This document shows, in pieces, positions 18,994 through 28,342 of a DNA stretch of 64,000 nucleotides. The notes below the pieces were generated by a model, which saw only the letters and a list, made by a program, of their open reading frames with translations, did not search any database and was not told where the DNA came from. Position 1 is the stretch's first letter; the number at the start of each line of letters is the position of its first letter. The translations under genes and the position numbers were made by a program. The stretch spans positions 40,254 to 104,253 of the IMG/VR virus record IMGVR_UViG_3300007102_000044, one strand, 5' to 3'. The DNA comes from a virus.

Positions 18994-20126
18994 ATAAAAT
19001 TGATGAAATCATATTCATTGTCATATGGTATTTGGAAACTTGACAGCATATTGTAATAAACATTTTCTGGAATCGTTTTACCAGTTGTTCTACTTCTTAC
19101 AGTATTTCTGTCTTTTATAACACTCAAAGGGGTCATAAAAACATGCATAACTCTACCATATTTCAATGGAAATTTGTTAAACTTCTTCTGTCTAGTTTTG
19201 AAACTGAGATTTGTTTCATCAATGATAACATTTTTAGCATCTGTGATATACTCTCTGTAAAGTTCTTCACATCTTTCATTAACTGCATCATGGTCAACAC
19301 TATCCCATATTACATTATAACTTGGAACTTCCATATAACCATCTTTAACAATCATGTGATTATTGTCTATATAATAATCTCTCATAATATTATCTCTGGC
19401 ATGGACTGTGTATTCATAATGTTTCACAAAATCTTCTGTGTATGTTGATTTACCAGAACATGGAAGACCAACATTCATAATTACAAGATTCTTGTATGCA
19501 TGAATATTCTTATCTTTCGTTTCTTCAGCAGTATTAAAATGTGAAAAAATATACTCTTCGTATACATCATGAGCAATTTCCATAGGCGCATCTGTGATAC
19601 GTCCGTAATGGTCATATTCAGCAAACTTCACAATTTTTCTAAGAGTGGATTCAGACTTATAAAACTTTTCATAAACCTTTCTACCCGTTTTCTTCTTATT
19701 ATCACTGCTATTAAACTGATAAATCAAGTGATGATTATTAATAATTCTAAGAACTTCAATAATCTGTGAACGACTCAAATTAAACACATCAAGTTTGATA
19801 TATTCAATACAAGCTATTGTACTGTAATTCCAGTGATTCTTAAACATTGCTCTTTCTTTATCATCAATCAATTCTTTAGTAAAACATTTACCATAGTCAT
19901 GAAAGAGTCCAGCAATAACAAGTTCAATTGGCGCATTATCCTGAAGTGCGTTATTCACGACCATCATTGTATGTGTAAATATATCACATTCCAAATGATG
20001 TTTATTCACTTTCCAATCTTTATAACTGTAGTATGTGTGGTCAACATCTTTAAGTTGTCTCACATATTCAAACCCTTCGTCAGAGTTCAAAAAATCCTCT
20101 ATAATTTCATAATTGCTTCTATTCAT
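18987..20126 (-). CDS. HD-domain + P-loop polynucleotide kinase (HD-Pnk-like)
   Basis: HH.E...HT, GLFHDYGK, NHH, DHYGR; GLPCSGKST, IIDETNL, RNTVR. Confidence 0.8.
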   Translation of the reverse strand: MNRSNYEIIEDFLNSDEGFEYVRQLKDVDHTYYSYKDWKVNKHHLECDIFTHTMMVVNNALQDNAPIELVIAGLFHDYGKCFTKELIDDKERAMFKNHWNYSTIACIEYIKLDVFNLSRSQIIEVLRIINNHHLIYQFNSSDNKKKTGRKVYEKFYKSESTLRKIVKFAEYDHYGRITDAPMEIAHDVYEEYIFSHFNTAEETKDKNIHAYKNLVIMNVGLPCSGKSTYTEDFVKHYEYTVHARDNIMRDYYIDNNHMIVKDGYMEVPSYNVIWDSVDHDAVNERCEELYREYITDAKNVIIDETNLSFKTRQKKFNKFPLKYGRVMHVFMTPLSVIKDRNTVRSRTTGKTIPENVYYNMLSSFQIPYDNEYDFINFIW

Positions 20127-20155
20127 ATTTTAACCTCTCCTTATAGTATTATTAA

Positions 20156-20184
20156 ACTATAACAACATCAAATTATTTTGTCAA
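20156..20184 (-). promoter_or_regulatory. sigma70-type promoter
   Basis: TTGACA-17-TATAGT. Confidence 0.8.
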
Positions 20185-20348
20185 TGATTAATTACTGTAT
20201 ATGCTCTATCAACATTACAACTTTCAATCCGTTTACCCTTTTTATCATACCCTCTATAGTATATCAGATTATTCTTAATATTAATTCCTTTGACCTTGAA
20301 CACCTTATTAGTAAAAACATCTTTCAGCATATCATCAAATACAAACAT
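20181..20348 (-). CDS. small hypothetical protein (55 aa, below track cutoff)
   Basis: AGGAGG SD, MFVFDDMLKDVFTNKVF...; fills gap. Confidence 0.65.
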   Translation of the reverse strand: MFVFDDMLKDVFTNKVFKVKGINIKNNLIYYRGYDKKGKRIESCNVDRAYTVINH

Positions 20349-20360
20349 TAGAACACCTCC

Positions 20361-20600
20361 TTAATCTATAAATTTCATAGCCGTATAAACATATTTTCCA
20401 TCATACCATCTTTTTTCAAGCTCATATCTAACGGTAACTTTCTCAAACCAACGTGTTTCAGATTTAGTATTATCCCAATATTCCACAATAGTAACAGGAA
20501 AAAAGGCAAAAAATGTTTTATCAATTATTTTTGCACTATAAACATTAGGATTGTCAAATGGGTCTTTTTCAGTATTTAATTTCAATCTCATGACAACCAC
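20361..20600 (-). CDS. hypothetical protein
   Basis: 79 aa. Confidence 0.55.
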   Translation of the reverse strand: MVVMRLKLNTEKDPFDNPNVYSAKIIDKTFFAFFPVTIVEYWDNTKSETRWFEKVTVRYELEKRWYDGKYVYTAMKFID

Positions 20601-21706
20601 AATTCCTTGTCACTTTTATATACTCTTCTAAGCATTTTAAAAATACCTGATGTAATATCCATTCCTTTTCTATAGCTGAATATCAATCCTGTATATTCTA
20701 TACCCATATCCTTAATTAGTAAAGCAAATTTTTTGTCATCTGTAACAATATCTGGATATGTCTCACAGATACCCTCATAGACATTCTTAATCTGTTTATA
20801 AGTCTTATGGAATCTATCCTGAATCACTGAAACTTTTGTTTTATATTCATTATATTCATCATACATTTCAAGTGATTTATAAATAGATACAATATCATCA
20901 ACTGAACCACTTTCAACACTGTCAAAAACATTCTTAAACAGGATATTTGATTTAAGTCTATGTCTTACAAGATACCACTTTGTTTTAATCTTAAGAATAT
21001 CCCTAACTTCACCATCAATATAGTGATATAGTACATATCCCTCAATACCTTCTCTTTCTCTCGTTTCTTCAATAAAAGAATCAAGTTTACTCAGTTTGAA
21101 TGTTGGATTGTTGAATTGAACGCCATATGTACCATCAATTGTATTTCTACAAGCAAGAAGTTTAAGTTCCTCTTTTCTATAGTTTATCACAATTCTATTA
21201 TCTGGTGAAATATATTCAAACATTGGAGTCATACCACAATTAAAATATGATTTAATATGACTGATTAGTTTTTGACCATCATCGGTGTTATCAATATATT
21301 TTTGAGCATTCTTAGCAACATCTGAATAGAACGATTTCTTTGACCTGAGTTTAACGTTTCCATTAACCATAATAGGATATATCAAAGAACCGTCTAACTT
21401 GTCACAGGGAAGAAAATAGCCGTCCTCATACTGTCTTAATGTGTTTATATGAGTGTATTCATTTTCATTGATATTAAAAAACTTGTGAAATGGTCTTGCA
21501 ACACATTCACCCTTATCATTGAAAACAATCCCTCTGAATTCTCTTGCAAGGTCTGAATCAAATGTATCCTCAAATGCCACATTATAGAAAAATGAATAGA
21601 ATGTTTCACCATCCACAATTTCAGTTTTCATACAGAATTCATCCTTTTCTTCAGATAATTTTTTAAAGTCTTCAAACGTATATTCTTTATCTTTAATTTT
21701 TATCAT
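20588..21706 (-). CDS. rnlA: RNA ligase 1
   Basis: REFRGI, RPFHKFFN, KLDGSL, FEYISPDNRIV, EGYV, KIKTKWY. Confidence 0.9.
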   Translation of the reverse strand: MIKIKDKEYTFEDFKKLSEEKDEFCMKTEIVDGETFYSFFYNVAFEDTFDSDLAREFRGIVFNDKGECVARPFHKFFNINENEYTHINTLRQYEDGYFLPCDKLDGSLIYPIMVNGNVKLRSKKSFYSDVAKNAQKYIDNTDDGQKLISHIKSYFNCGMTPMFEYISPDNRIVINYRKEELKLLACRNTIDGTYGVQFNNPTFKLSKLDSFIEETREREGIEGYVLYHYIDGEVRDILKIKTKWYLVRHRLKSNILFKNVFDSVESGSVDDIVSIYKSLEMYDEYNEYKTKVSVIQDRFHKTYKQIKNVYEGICETYPDIVTDDKKFALLIKDMGIEYTGLIFSYRKGMDITSGIFKMLRRVYKSDKELWLS

Positions 21707-22008
21707 TTATATCCTCTCATCAGCTTTTTTAAATAAACTTCATATTTTTCGACTTCACTGAATATTATTTTCCATAGAAGTTCGTGTTTCTCTTTTGGCA
21801 GTTCATCATATTTGGAACAAATACCATATTTGTGAACCTTATGTACGTTTGGAGAATACCACATAACATCCCTGAATACTATTGCTGAATATCTTTCGGA
21901 TGGACATTTGCATTGAACTAACCCTTCTTTATAGGATAAATGTTTACATTCAAAGCATTGTAATTTAGTTGCATCTGAAAGTGGGTTGTGTGGAATAAGA
22001 CTTCTCAC
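21703..22008 (-). CDS. hypothetical Cys-rich protein; true start probably ATG 22043 across a frameshift
   Basis: CFEC..C.C..C; see finding on homopolymers. Confidence 0.6.
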   Translation of the reverse strand: MRSLIPHNPLSDATKLQCFECKHLSYKEGLVQCKCPSERYSAIVFRDVMWYSPNVHKVHKYGICSKYDELPKEKHELLWKIIFSEVEKYEVYLKKLMRGYK

Positions 22009-22056
22009 ATAATTTATTTTTCAATTAGTTCTTCTTTAGTCATTGTAATACCTCTT

Positions 22057-22470
22057 TTACACGAATTTAATTATTTTTTCTTTTACAATCTTCAGGACGT
22101 TAGGTTTAATTATTTTTCTATCGTTAAGATATGAAAAACTGACAATAATCTTTCCTTCAGAATCATATATAGTGAAGCTATTAAACCAACCATACCATTT
22201 ATTAACATTCCAATATTTTATAGCTTGACCATTTGAAAAAACACATATTCTCTCATAATTACCATTATCTTCTGGTTTTAAAATTGCTATGATATCATTT
22301 TGAGTGAAAAGAAGTTTTAACACTAATGATATATCATAATCAATAGGTGTTGTATCACCCCAAGCTCCATAAGGATTTATACCTTTCTGTTCTGTTACAT
22401 ATCTCATACATTGCTTATAAAACTTTGCTCTTCTGTTATTCATGAAAAATTTGTAAATTGCTCTAAACAT
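22057..22470 (-). CDS. hypothetical protein
   Basis: 137 aa, GAGG SD. Confidence 0.65.
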   Translation of the reverse strand: MFRAIYKFFMNNRRAKFYKQCMRYVTEQKGINPYGAWGDTTPIDYDISLVLKLLFTQNDIIAILKPEDNGNYERICVFSNGQAIKYWNVNKWYGWFNSFTIYDSEGKIIVSFSYLNDRKIIKPNVLKIVKEKIIKFV

Positions 22471-22485
22471 ATTAATACCTCTTCA

Positions 22486-22695
22486 CTAAATTCTTTTATT
22501 TCTTTTATACTTAAACCACTCGTTCAAGTCTTTATTATATCTATATTCTATACTATCAGCCTTGAATGATATATAACAAAGATTTAATCTTATCATTTCT
22601 TTGATTGAAAGTTTTTTCAAATGGTCTATATCACTGGCTTCAATGAATTCAGTTATTCCGTTTGTTCTACCCTCTATAGTAACCAAAGTATTCAT
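22486..22695 (-). CDS. hypothetical protein
   Basis: 69 aa, GAGG SD. Confidence 0.6.
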   Translation of the reverse strand: MNTLVTIEGRTNGITEFIEASDIDHLKKLSIKEMIRLNLCYISFKADSIEYRYNKDLNEWFKYKRNKRI

Positions 22696-22707
22696 TATAA
22701 TTACCTC

Positions 22708-23406
22708 TTAATTAGTTTCTTTTTGTTGTTCATAGAATTCAGAGCCTAGCACATCTTTAACAGCCTGTCTGATTTCTCTCATGTTTACACAAGTCCAATC
22801 GTTTCCACTGATAGAAATTTCATCAGGGATAATAATCCCTCTACTTTCTGCGAACACTGTGAAAAGATACCAACTTGCAGGAGTGTCTTCAATCTTAAGT
22901 ACAAGTTTTCTTTTCCACTCTTCAGGAGTACCATCAAATGGTTCATCCTTAAGAATAACGCTGTATTCATTACCTTTATTGTCAATAGCTTTTACATCAA
23001 GTTTGATAACTCTCTGGACTTCTTTTTTCTGGTATGAATCACGATAGTCAGCAACAAGTCTTGATTCATCTTCAGCTATCCAAGCATCAATAACTTTATC
23101 AAAGTCTGTTCCATATCTTTCATCAAATGAAGAATATTTTGTGCGGGATATTGTCACGCTGTCATTCTTTTCAGTAACTACAAAAGGATTGTCAACAGCA
23201 GGAGCATCCCAACCCTTTACAATAATCATATAAGGTTGAAAAGTTTCTACCCATCTATAAGCAGTTCTTTTTCTTTTTGGTTTTGCAATAACGAATGGTG
23301 CGCTGTTGTATTGTGCATACTTCATGCGACCGTGTTCAACAAGATTTGCTTCAATCTTTTTAACGCTTCCGAAAAATTCATCTTTTTTGTAAATAGTAAC
23401 TTTCAT
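22708..23406 (-). CDS. early hypothetical protein
   Basis: 232 aa, own promoter and AGAGGTTACATT leader. Confidence 0.75.
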   Translation of the reverse strand: MKVTIYKKDEFFGSVKKIEANLVEHGRMKYAQYNSAPFVIAKPKRKRTAYRWVETFQPYMIIVKGWDAPAVDNPFVVTEKNDSVTISRTKYSSFDERYGTDFDKVIDAWIAEDESRLVADYRDSYQKKEVQRVIKLDVKAIDNKGNEYSVILKDEPFDGTPEEWKRKLVLKIEDTPASWYLFTVFAESRGIIIPDEISISGNDWTCVNMREIRQAVKDVLGSEFYEQQKETN

Positions 23407-23433
23407 AATGTAACCTCTTTGAATTGATAATTA

Positions 23434-23462
23434 ATCTTAATATATTTAATAGTCTATGTCAA
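23434..23462 (-). promoter_or_regulatory. sigma70-type promoter
   Basis: TTGACA-17-TAAGAT. Confidence 0.7.
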
Positions 23463-23646
23463 CACATTTTTGCCCAGTTTCCCATTCTATAATTGTAAGG
23501 TTTGTTTCCTCATCATCAGAAAACTCATCTAGCATTTTTATAAAACTAGATTTTTCTATCACAGTTGCATAATCTTGTATGCACAGTGTACCGTAAAGCT
23601 TACCTTTGATTTTTTTAACTTCAGCTTTCAATTCTTTAGCTTTCAT
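23446..23646 (-). CDS. early hypothetical protein
   Basis: 66 aa, own promoter and leader. Confidence 0.65.
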   Translation of the reverse strand: MKAKELKAEVKKIKGKLYGTLCIQDYATVIEKSSFIKMLDEFSDDEETNLTIIEWETGQKCVDIDY

Positions 23647-23683
23647 AATGTAACCTCTTATGTTTAATTGACCTTACATAAAT

Positions 23684-23712
23684 ACAATATATCATCATGT
23701 AAGGTCTGTCAA
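23684..23712 (-). promoter_or_regulatory. sigma70-type promoter within inverted repeat
   Basis: TTGACA-17-TATTGT. Confidence 0.75.
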
Positions 23713-23723
23713 CTACTTTTTTA

Positions 23724-23969
23724 TTATTTTTTCACAGTCATGAAATTACCTATAGCACCACCCAACAAATAACCAATTATGGTTAATATGTCCTGATTGA
23801 TTGTAGCCGTTACAGCTAATGTTGTAGAACCCAACCATGTAAGCTGTATACCTAACCCTGTTATTAATACAGCATAAAGTTTTTCTGATGCCACCGCCTT
23901 TATATTTAAATTTCTGAAAAATACAAAAGCTAATTGTGTTAATAGTATTATAAAAAAATTATTCATCAT
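23724..23969 (-). CDS. small multi-pass membrane protein (DUF5698-like)
   Basis: Three hydrophobic helices, GYLLGGAIG. Confidence 0.6.
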   Translation of the reverse strand: MMNNFFIILLTQLAFVFFRNLNIKAVASEKLYAVLITGLGIQLTWLGSTTLAVTATINQDILTIIGYLLGGAIGNFMTVKK

Positions 23970-24108
23970 CTAATGGACAATCTTTATGAAGTTCATCTGG
24001 ATTCACTTCAAACCCTTCATACTCACATTCATGATAACCTTTATCAATCATAATACAACCATTACATTCACCACAAGTGTTAATAATCTCTTTATATATT
24101 TTGGACAT
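23959..24108 (-). CDS. small Cys-rich protein
   Basis: CGECNGC..C..CPL; AGAGGT SD before MSKIY. Confidence 0.55.
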   Translation of the reverse strand: MSKIYKEIINTCGECNGCIMIDKGYHECEYEGFEVNPDELHKDCPLDDE

Positions 24109-24505
24109 TAAAACACCTCTCAATAATTTCTTTAACTTTTTTCCCATCTACAAGAGAACCAAAGTTTTTTGTAACAATACCAATAGCTTGCATTTTATTC
24201 TTAAGTGAAGAAAAATCAATATTTTCTTTAATCCAGTCAATTATATCTTCTTCAGGCAATTCTGATGGGATAAAATCATTAATAATCTGTATAAACTTTT
24301 CATCACCTTTACCATACTTATCAATCTTCTCTTGCTCATTAGCAACAATCTTTTTGAGTAATGAAATAACTTCATCATCATTCAAAACTTTCTTTGGTAG
24401 TCTCTGCATTTCACCGACTACAACTTGCATTGTAGAGAGTGTATTACTATCTTTCACTTTACGAGCGTTTACCAATGATTTCTGTATTTGTTCTTGTAGT
24501 GTCAT
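24092..24505 (-). CDS. GatB/YqeY-domain protein
   Basis: A.K.KD...LS....GE, F.PSEL.EE, MQAIG.V. Confidence 0.8.
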   Translation of the reverse strand: MTLQEQIQKSLVNARKVKDSNTLSTMQVVVGEMQRLPKKVLNDDEVISLLKKIVANEQEKIDKYGKGDEKFIQIINDFIPSELPEEDIIDWIKENIDFSSLKNKMQAIGIVTKNFGSLVDGKKVKEIIERCFNVQNI

Positions 24506-24514
24506 TTTTCCTCC

Positions 24515-25318
24515 TTATCTATAGTCATAAAGATAATAAACTTCATCATAAAGCTTATTAAGCTCTTCAAACTGTTCAGCGTTTGTAAAGAATCCGTGTG
24601 TGATAAACAGTCTTTTCTTACCAGTATTATTCATCTTTTTAGCCAGTTCAATAAAGGTTCTACCACCATCACAAATGTCATCAAACACATCAACATCTTT
24701 ACCTTCAAAATCTTTAACATCTATATCTGATGCAATGATTTTACCTGTTGAAAGTTCTCTAACCTTTGTAGCAATAGCAATATTTTTATATTGAAACTCT
24801 TTAGCAAGTTCATACGTTTCTTTGACAGCACCCAAATCAGGTGAAACTATATATCTATCATTTTCAATGTTGGAGGTTGGTGAGAATGGATTATATCCAA
24901 AAAAACTACTATCCCATATTTCTTTTTTCTTAATGATGTTAACAGGACAATCAAATACAGCTTCAGCAACATCACTATGCGGGTCAATCAGATAAACCAT
25001 CTCTGGGTTGACCATATTTGATATAAGTTTACCAAACCATTTAAGAGCATTAATATCAACTTCTGACATACTCCTATCATATCTTGCAAATGGAAGATAA
25101 TGAAAATATAGGCTTATTTTAAATCCTTTAAGTTTAACATATTCACATACTTGTAATAGTTTTGTCACAATATCATCAATTGGTTTATCGACTACAACAG
25201 CAACCCAAGCTTCACTATAATTAAAAATGTGATTAAATCCGTCTTCATTTAATACAACTTCACCATTAGGAAATTTGTTAAATGTAACATCACTCAGTAC
25301 AATATTATTTTGACTCAT
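24515..25318 (-). CDS. prs: PRPP-synthetase-like pyrophosphokinase (NARP1 Adps candidate)
   Basis: KFPNGE, YLPFARYDR, DPHS, SPDLGA, KVRE, DDICDGGRTF, THG. Confidence 0.85.
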   Translation of the reverse strand: MSQNNIVLSDVTFNKFPNGEVVLNEDGFNHIFNYSEAWVAVVVDKPIDDIVTKLLQVCEYVKLKGFKISLYFHYLPFARYDRSMSEVDINALKWFGKLISNMVNPEMVYLIDPHSDVAEAVFDCPVNIIKKKEIWDSSFFGYNPFSPTSNIENDRYIVSPDLGAVKETYELAKEFQYKNIAIATKVRELSTGKIIASDIDVKDFEGKDVDVFDDICDGGRTFIELAKKMNNTGKKRLFITHGFFTNAEQFEELNKLYDEVYYLYDYR

Positions 25319-25746
25319 CTTGAAACCCTCCTTTGAATCTCTTCTTGTCTTTCCTTTTCAATAATGCTTAGAACCATATTCAAATTACAGTATGCTGAAT
25401 AAAGCCCCGCCCTATCATCTAAAAGTATATTATAATATATCTTTTTACCACCAGTGTCAACAGGGGATTCATTGATTTTAAACTTTTTCAATCCTATTAT
25501 AGCACGTATATAATTAGATATAAATTTTTCATCAGGATTAGCAGTATAACAAACTAATGTCATGTCAACCTGTTCACACCTTCTAAGTATTTCAAAAAGT
25601 TTATCAAATTTATAACCCTTATGGTGATAGTCATAAACTGTGTTATCGAAATCAAAAGCAACCACAAGATTACCATGTGACTGATAATCTTGCAGTAGCC
25701 TTTCTACACACATACTATTTGTTAGAAATGGGTCTGTATTAAACAT
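25315..25746 (-). CDS. HAD-like hydrolase
   Basis: AFDFDNTV, YTAN, LLDDRAG; start moved to MFNTD overlapping upstream stop. Confidence 0.75.
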   Translation of the reverse strand: MFNTDPFLTNSMCVERLLQDYQSHGNLVVAFDFDNTVYDYHHKGYKFDKLFEILRRCEQVDMTLVCYTANPDEKFISNYIRAIIGLKKFKINESPVDTGGKKIYYNILLDDRAGLYSAYCNLNMVLSIIEKERQEEIQRRVSR

Positions 25747-26749
25747 TTCTAAGCCTTTCTCTAATATTACTAAACTTTTCATCTCTGATAAGTTTACCAT
25801 CTTTGAAAACAGTTTTGAGCATGTTAAGTGAACATTCTTCTGTTTCTCTATTCACTCCATCCACAACAACTATTTTACCTTCTTCATCTTTTTGAACATA
25901 AAGAAGACCTTTAGCGGATTTTTTGACACCGTTGTCTGTTTTAGGGTCTTTGAAGATTGCTTGTTCTTCATCACCGATAGTAACATTTGTAGCTTTTACA
26001 GCCATCCCAAAGGTGTCTCTGGTGTTATATTGGTAAGTATAAGAACCAACTCCAAAAACGATATTTGTTGATGCAAATCCCTTCTTTTTGAGTCTTTCAA
26101 GGATTTTTTCACATCTTTCAAGTGTGATAGAATCACCATAAATAGCACCAATATGAGCGTCAAGTTCAATATAACCATTACTGTTTTTGTTACCACCAAA
26201 AGTATCATAAAGGGATTGAATAAGTCCTTTCTCCTGACATGTTAGCTTAATTTCTTTAATTGAACTAAGTTCCATATTATTGATATAGTTTCTAGGATAT
26301 GAACTCCATTCATCTTCAATATAATAATCAATGCTAACAGTATATTCAAAATATTTCTCATTGACTCTACAAATACCAATAACTGTACCTGCATGTTCAA
26401 ACCCATCTTCATCATTTCTTATATCATCTTTTATAAGTTCTGCAAGATGACCATCATCACTATCATTAACAAGGTCAAGTGTTATAAACTCAGAAAAATC
26501 AGGTATATCAATCCCACAAATAATATCAACGGGGTCTCCTGAATCTGGTCTGATAACAACTTTTCCATCTCTTTTCATGATATCATCTTTAAGAGTTGGA
26601 AGATATTCACCAACAACTTTCCAGAAATCAAAACTGTCGGACACTATAGATACTATTCCGTTTGGGTAAACATTTGAAATTAAATTCTTAATAGTTATTA
26701 ATTCCCCCCACCCTATCATTTCTTCATCTGTAAAAAACTTATTTTTCAT
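25739..26749 (-). CDS. nadV: NAMPT/Namat, C-terminal half of split gene
   Basis: VSIVSDSFD, IRPDSGDP, AIYGDSIT, VFGVGSYT, KDPKTD..KKSAKG; own AGGAGG SD. Confidence 0.9.
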   Translation of the reverse strand: MKNKFFTDEEMIGWGELITIKNLISNVYPNGIVSIVSDSFDFWKVVGEYLPTLKDDIMKRDGKVVIRPDSGDPVDIICGIDIPDFSEFITLDLVNDSDDGHLAELIKDDIRNDEDGFEHAGTVIGICRVNEKYFEYTVSIDYYIEDEWSSYPRNYINNMELSSIKEIKLTCQEKGLIQSLYDTFGGNKNSNGYIELDAHIGAIYGDSITLERCEKILERLKKKGFASTNIVFGVGSYTYQYNTRDTFGMAVKATNVTIGDEEQAIFKDPKTDNGVKKSAKGLLYVQKDEEGKIVVVDGVNRETEECSLNMLKTVFKDGKLIRDEKFSNIRERLRNV

Positions 26750-26779
26750 TTTAAAATCCTCCTTTTTAACTCATATAAA

Positions 26780-26787
26780 GATAAATA
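26780..26787 (+). promoter_or_regulatory. late promoter for the HNH endonuclease
   Basis: GATAAATA ending 6 nt before ATG 26794. Confidence 0.7.
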
Positions 26788-26793
26788 TTATAT

Positions 26794-27516
26794 ATGAATT
26801 ATAAAAATATGTATACACAAATTATTAATTTAGCCAAAAATAAAAATAGGTCTAAAAATGATGGATATTTTGAAAATCATCATATTGTACCAAAATCACT
26901 TGGTGGTGATAATAATCCATCTAATTTAGTTTTACTAACAGCTAAAGAACATTTTATTTGTCATCATCTTTTAACTAAAATTTACCCAAACAATAACAAA
27001 TTAAAATTTGCATTCTGGGCTATGTGTAACCAAACACATGGTGACGTTAAAAGAACATATAAAATAACATCAACCGTTTATGAACAATCAAAAATTGAAT
27101 TTGCTAAAGCCAATTCTAAAAATAGAAAGGGTGTGTCAGTAATGACTAAAGAAAGAAGACAAATTCAATCAATTAATTGGAAAAATAACAACCCTCATAA
27201 AGCTGGTAAAGAAAGTCATTTATATAATACTCCTAGAAATAAATCCATTAAAAACAAAATATCTACCACTAAAATTAATAACCCAGAAAGAAATGCTCAA
27301 TATAAAGGTGATTGGATAACACCATTTGGTATATTCAAATCAGCTAATCAAGCATCTAAATCATGTGGTATAATTGTTGATACCATTAGAAAAAGGTGTA
27401 ATAATGCATCTAAAATAATTACTAAAAGAATGATTTCAAACACATATGATTTAAATGAATCTCATATAGGAAAAACATTTAAAGAATTAGGTTGGGATTT
27501 TCAACCAATTCCATAA
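26794..27516 (+). mobile_element. mobE: MobE-like free-standing HNH homing endonuclease inside NAMPT gene
   Basis: MNY..Y..II..A, ENHHIVPKSLGG.N...NLV.LTAKEHF.CH.LL; C-terminal NUMOD-like HTH. Confidence 0.85.
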
Positions 27517-28330
27517 TCTTTTCATACGCATCTTCTTTATTTGAACATTCTTCAATTATTTCATTTATTTTTTCAGCGTATATTTTCGCAGATGATGTCA
27601 TTACACTATGTTCTGTTGCACCAACACTTCCACCAACAAAACCATCTTCGTTGTAATACTGTTTAGCACAAATAATAGCAGGAAGAGTATCCGTTCCCAT
27701 AAATGATGTAAGATGCCCCATACCAGATGTACAAGCACTTTCTCTTCCACCCATACCCCTAAAACTAAAATCATGACATTGAAAATCTTTAAACCATTCC
27801 ATTTCATCACTACCAGTTTCAGCAAAATACTTATCAACAATCTTTCTATATTCAAATGCAATAGTAGCACTTGTGATAGGTTGCCAAATAATAGCACTGA
27901 AAATAGTTTCAATATAGTTTGTCACCCAGAAAAATTCATCAATAGTATTTTCAATAGTGATGAATGGAACTCTAATAGGTGCTAGTGTTCCTTCTGGAAG
28001 TGCTTTAATAACAATTGGAAGATAACCTAAATCATGAAGCCTTTCAATATGTGTTGTATCGAAATCTTCAGTATTAAGAGCCATTGTAATTTCAGATTTA
28101 TAACTGTTTACAACTTCTTCTTTTGGTTTATCAAAGAAATTCTTTTGAAAATAATCCATAATGAAATCTTTGATTAGATGTGTATATCCAAACACAACGA
28201 CCTCATTTACTCCATTGAGTCTACTTGTCCTCGCTGTGAGGTTTGAATAAACCTTTTTAATACCTTTTGGGTATTGATTAATATGACCAACCTTATAAAA
28301 GTCAGTCCAAAACATAGCGTTCATTTCCAT
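27479..28330 (-). CDS. nadV: NAMPT/Namat, N-terminal half of split gene
   Basis: TDFYKVGH..QYP, YIET, HDFSFRG, GHLTSF.GTDT, ATEHSVM. Confidence 0.9.
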   Translation of the reverse strand: MEMNAMFWTDFYKVGHINQYPKGIKKVYSNLTARTSRLNGVNEVVVFGYTHLIKDFIMDYFQKNFFDKPKEEVVNSYKSEITMALNTEDFDTTHIERLHDLGYLPIVIKALPEGTLAPIRVPFITIENTIDEFFWVTNYIETIFSAIIWQPITSATIAFEYRKIVDKYFAETGSDEMEWFKDFQCHDFSFRGMGGRESACTSGMGHLTSFMGTDTLPAIICAKQYYNEDGFVGGSVGATEHSVMTSSAKIYAEKINEIIEECSNKEDAYEKIMELVENPNLIL

Positions 28331-28342
28331 AATTTTTACTCC

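Noticed and set aside
26750-27478. Group I/II intron or intein explanation for the NAMPT interruption
   Set aside because: The insert is almost entirely an antisense ORF, there is no room for a ribozyme core, the N-half has a stop and the C-half has its own SD/ATG.
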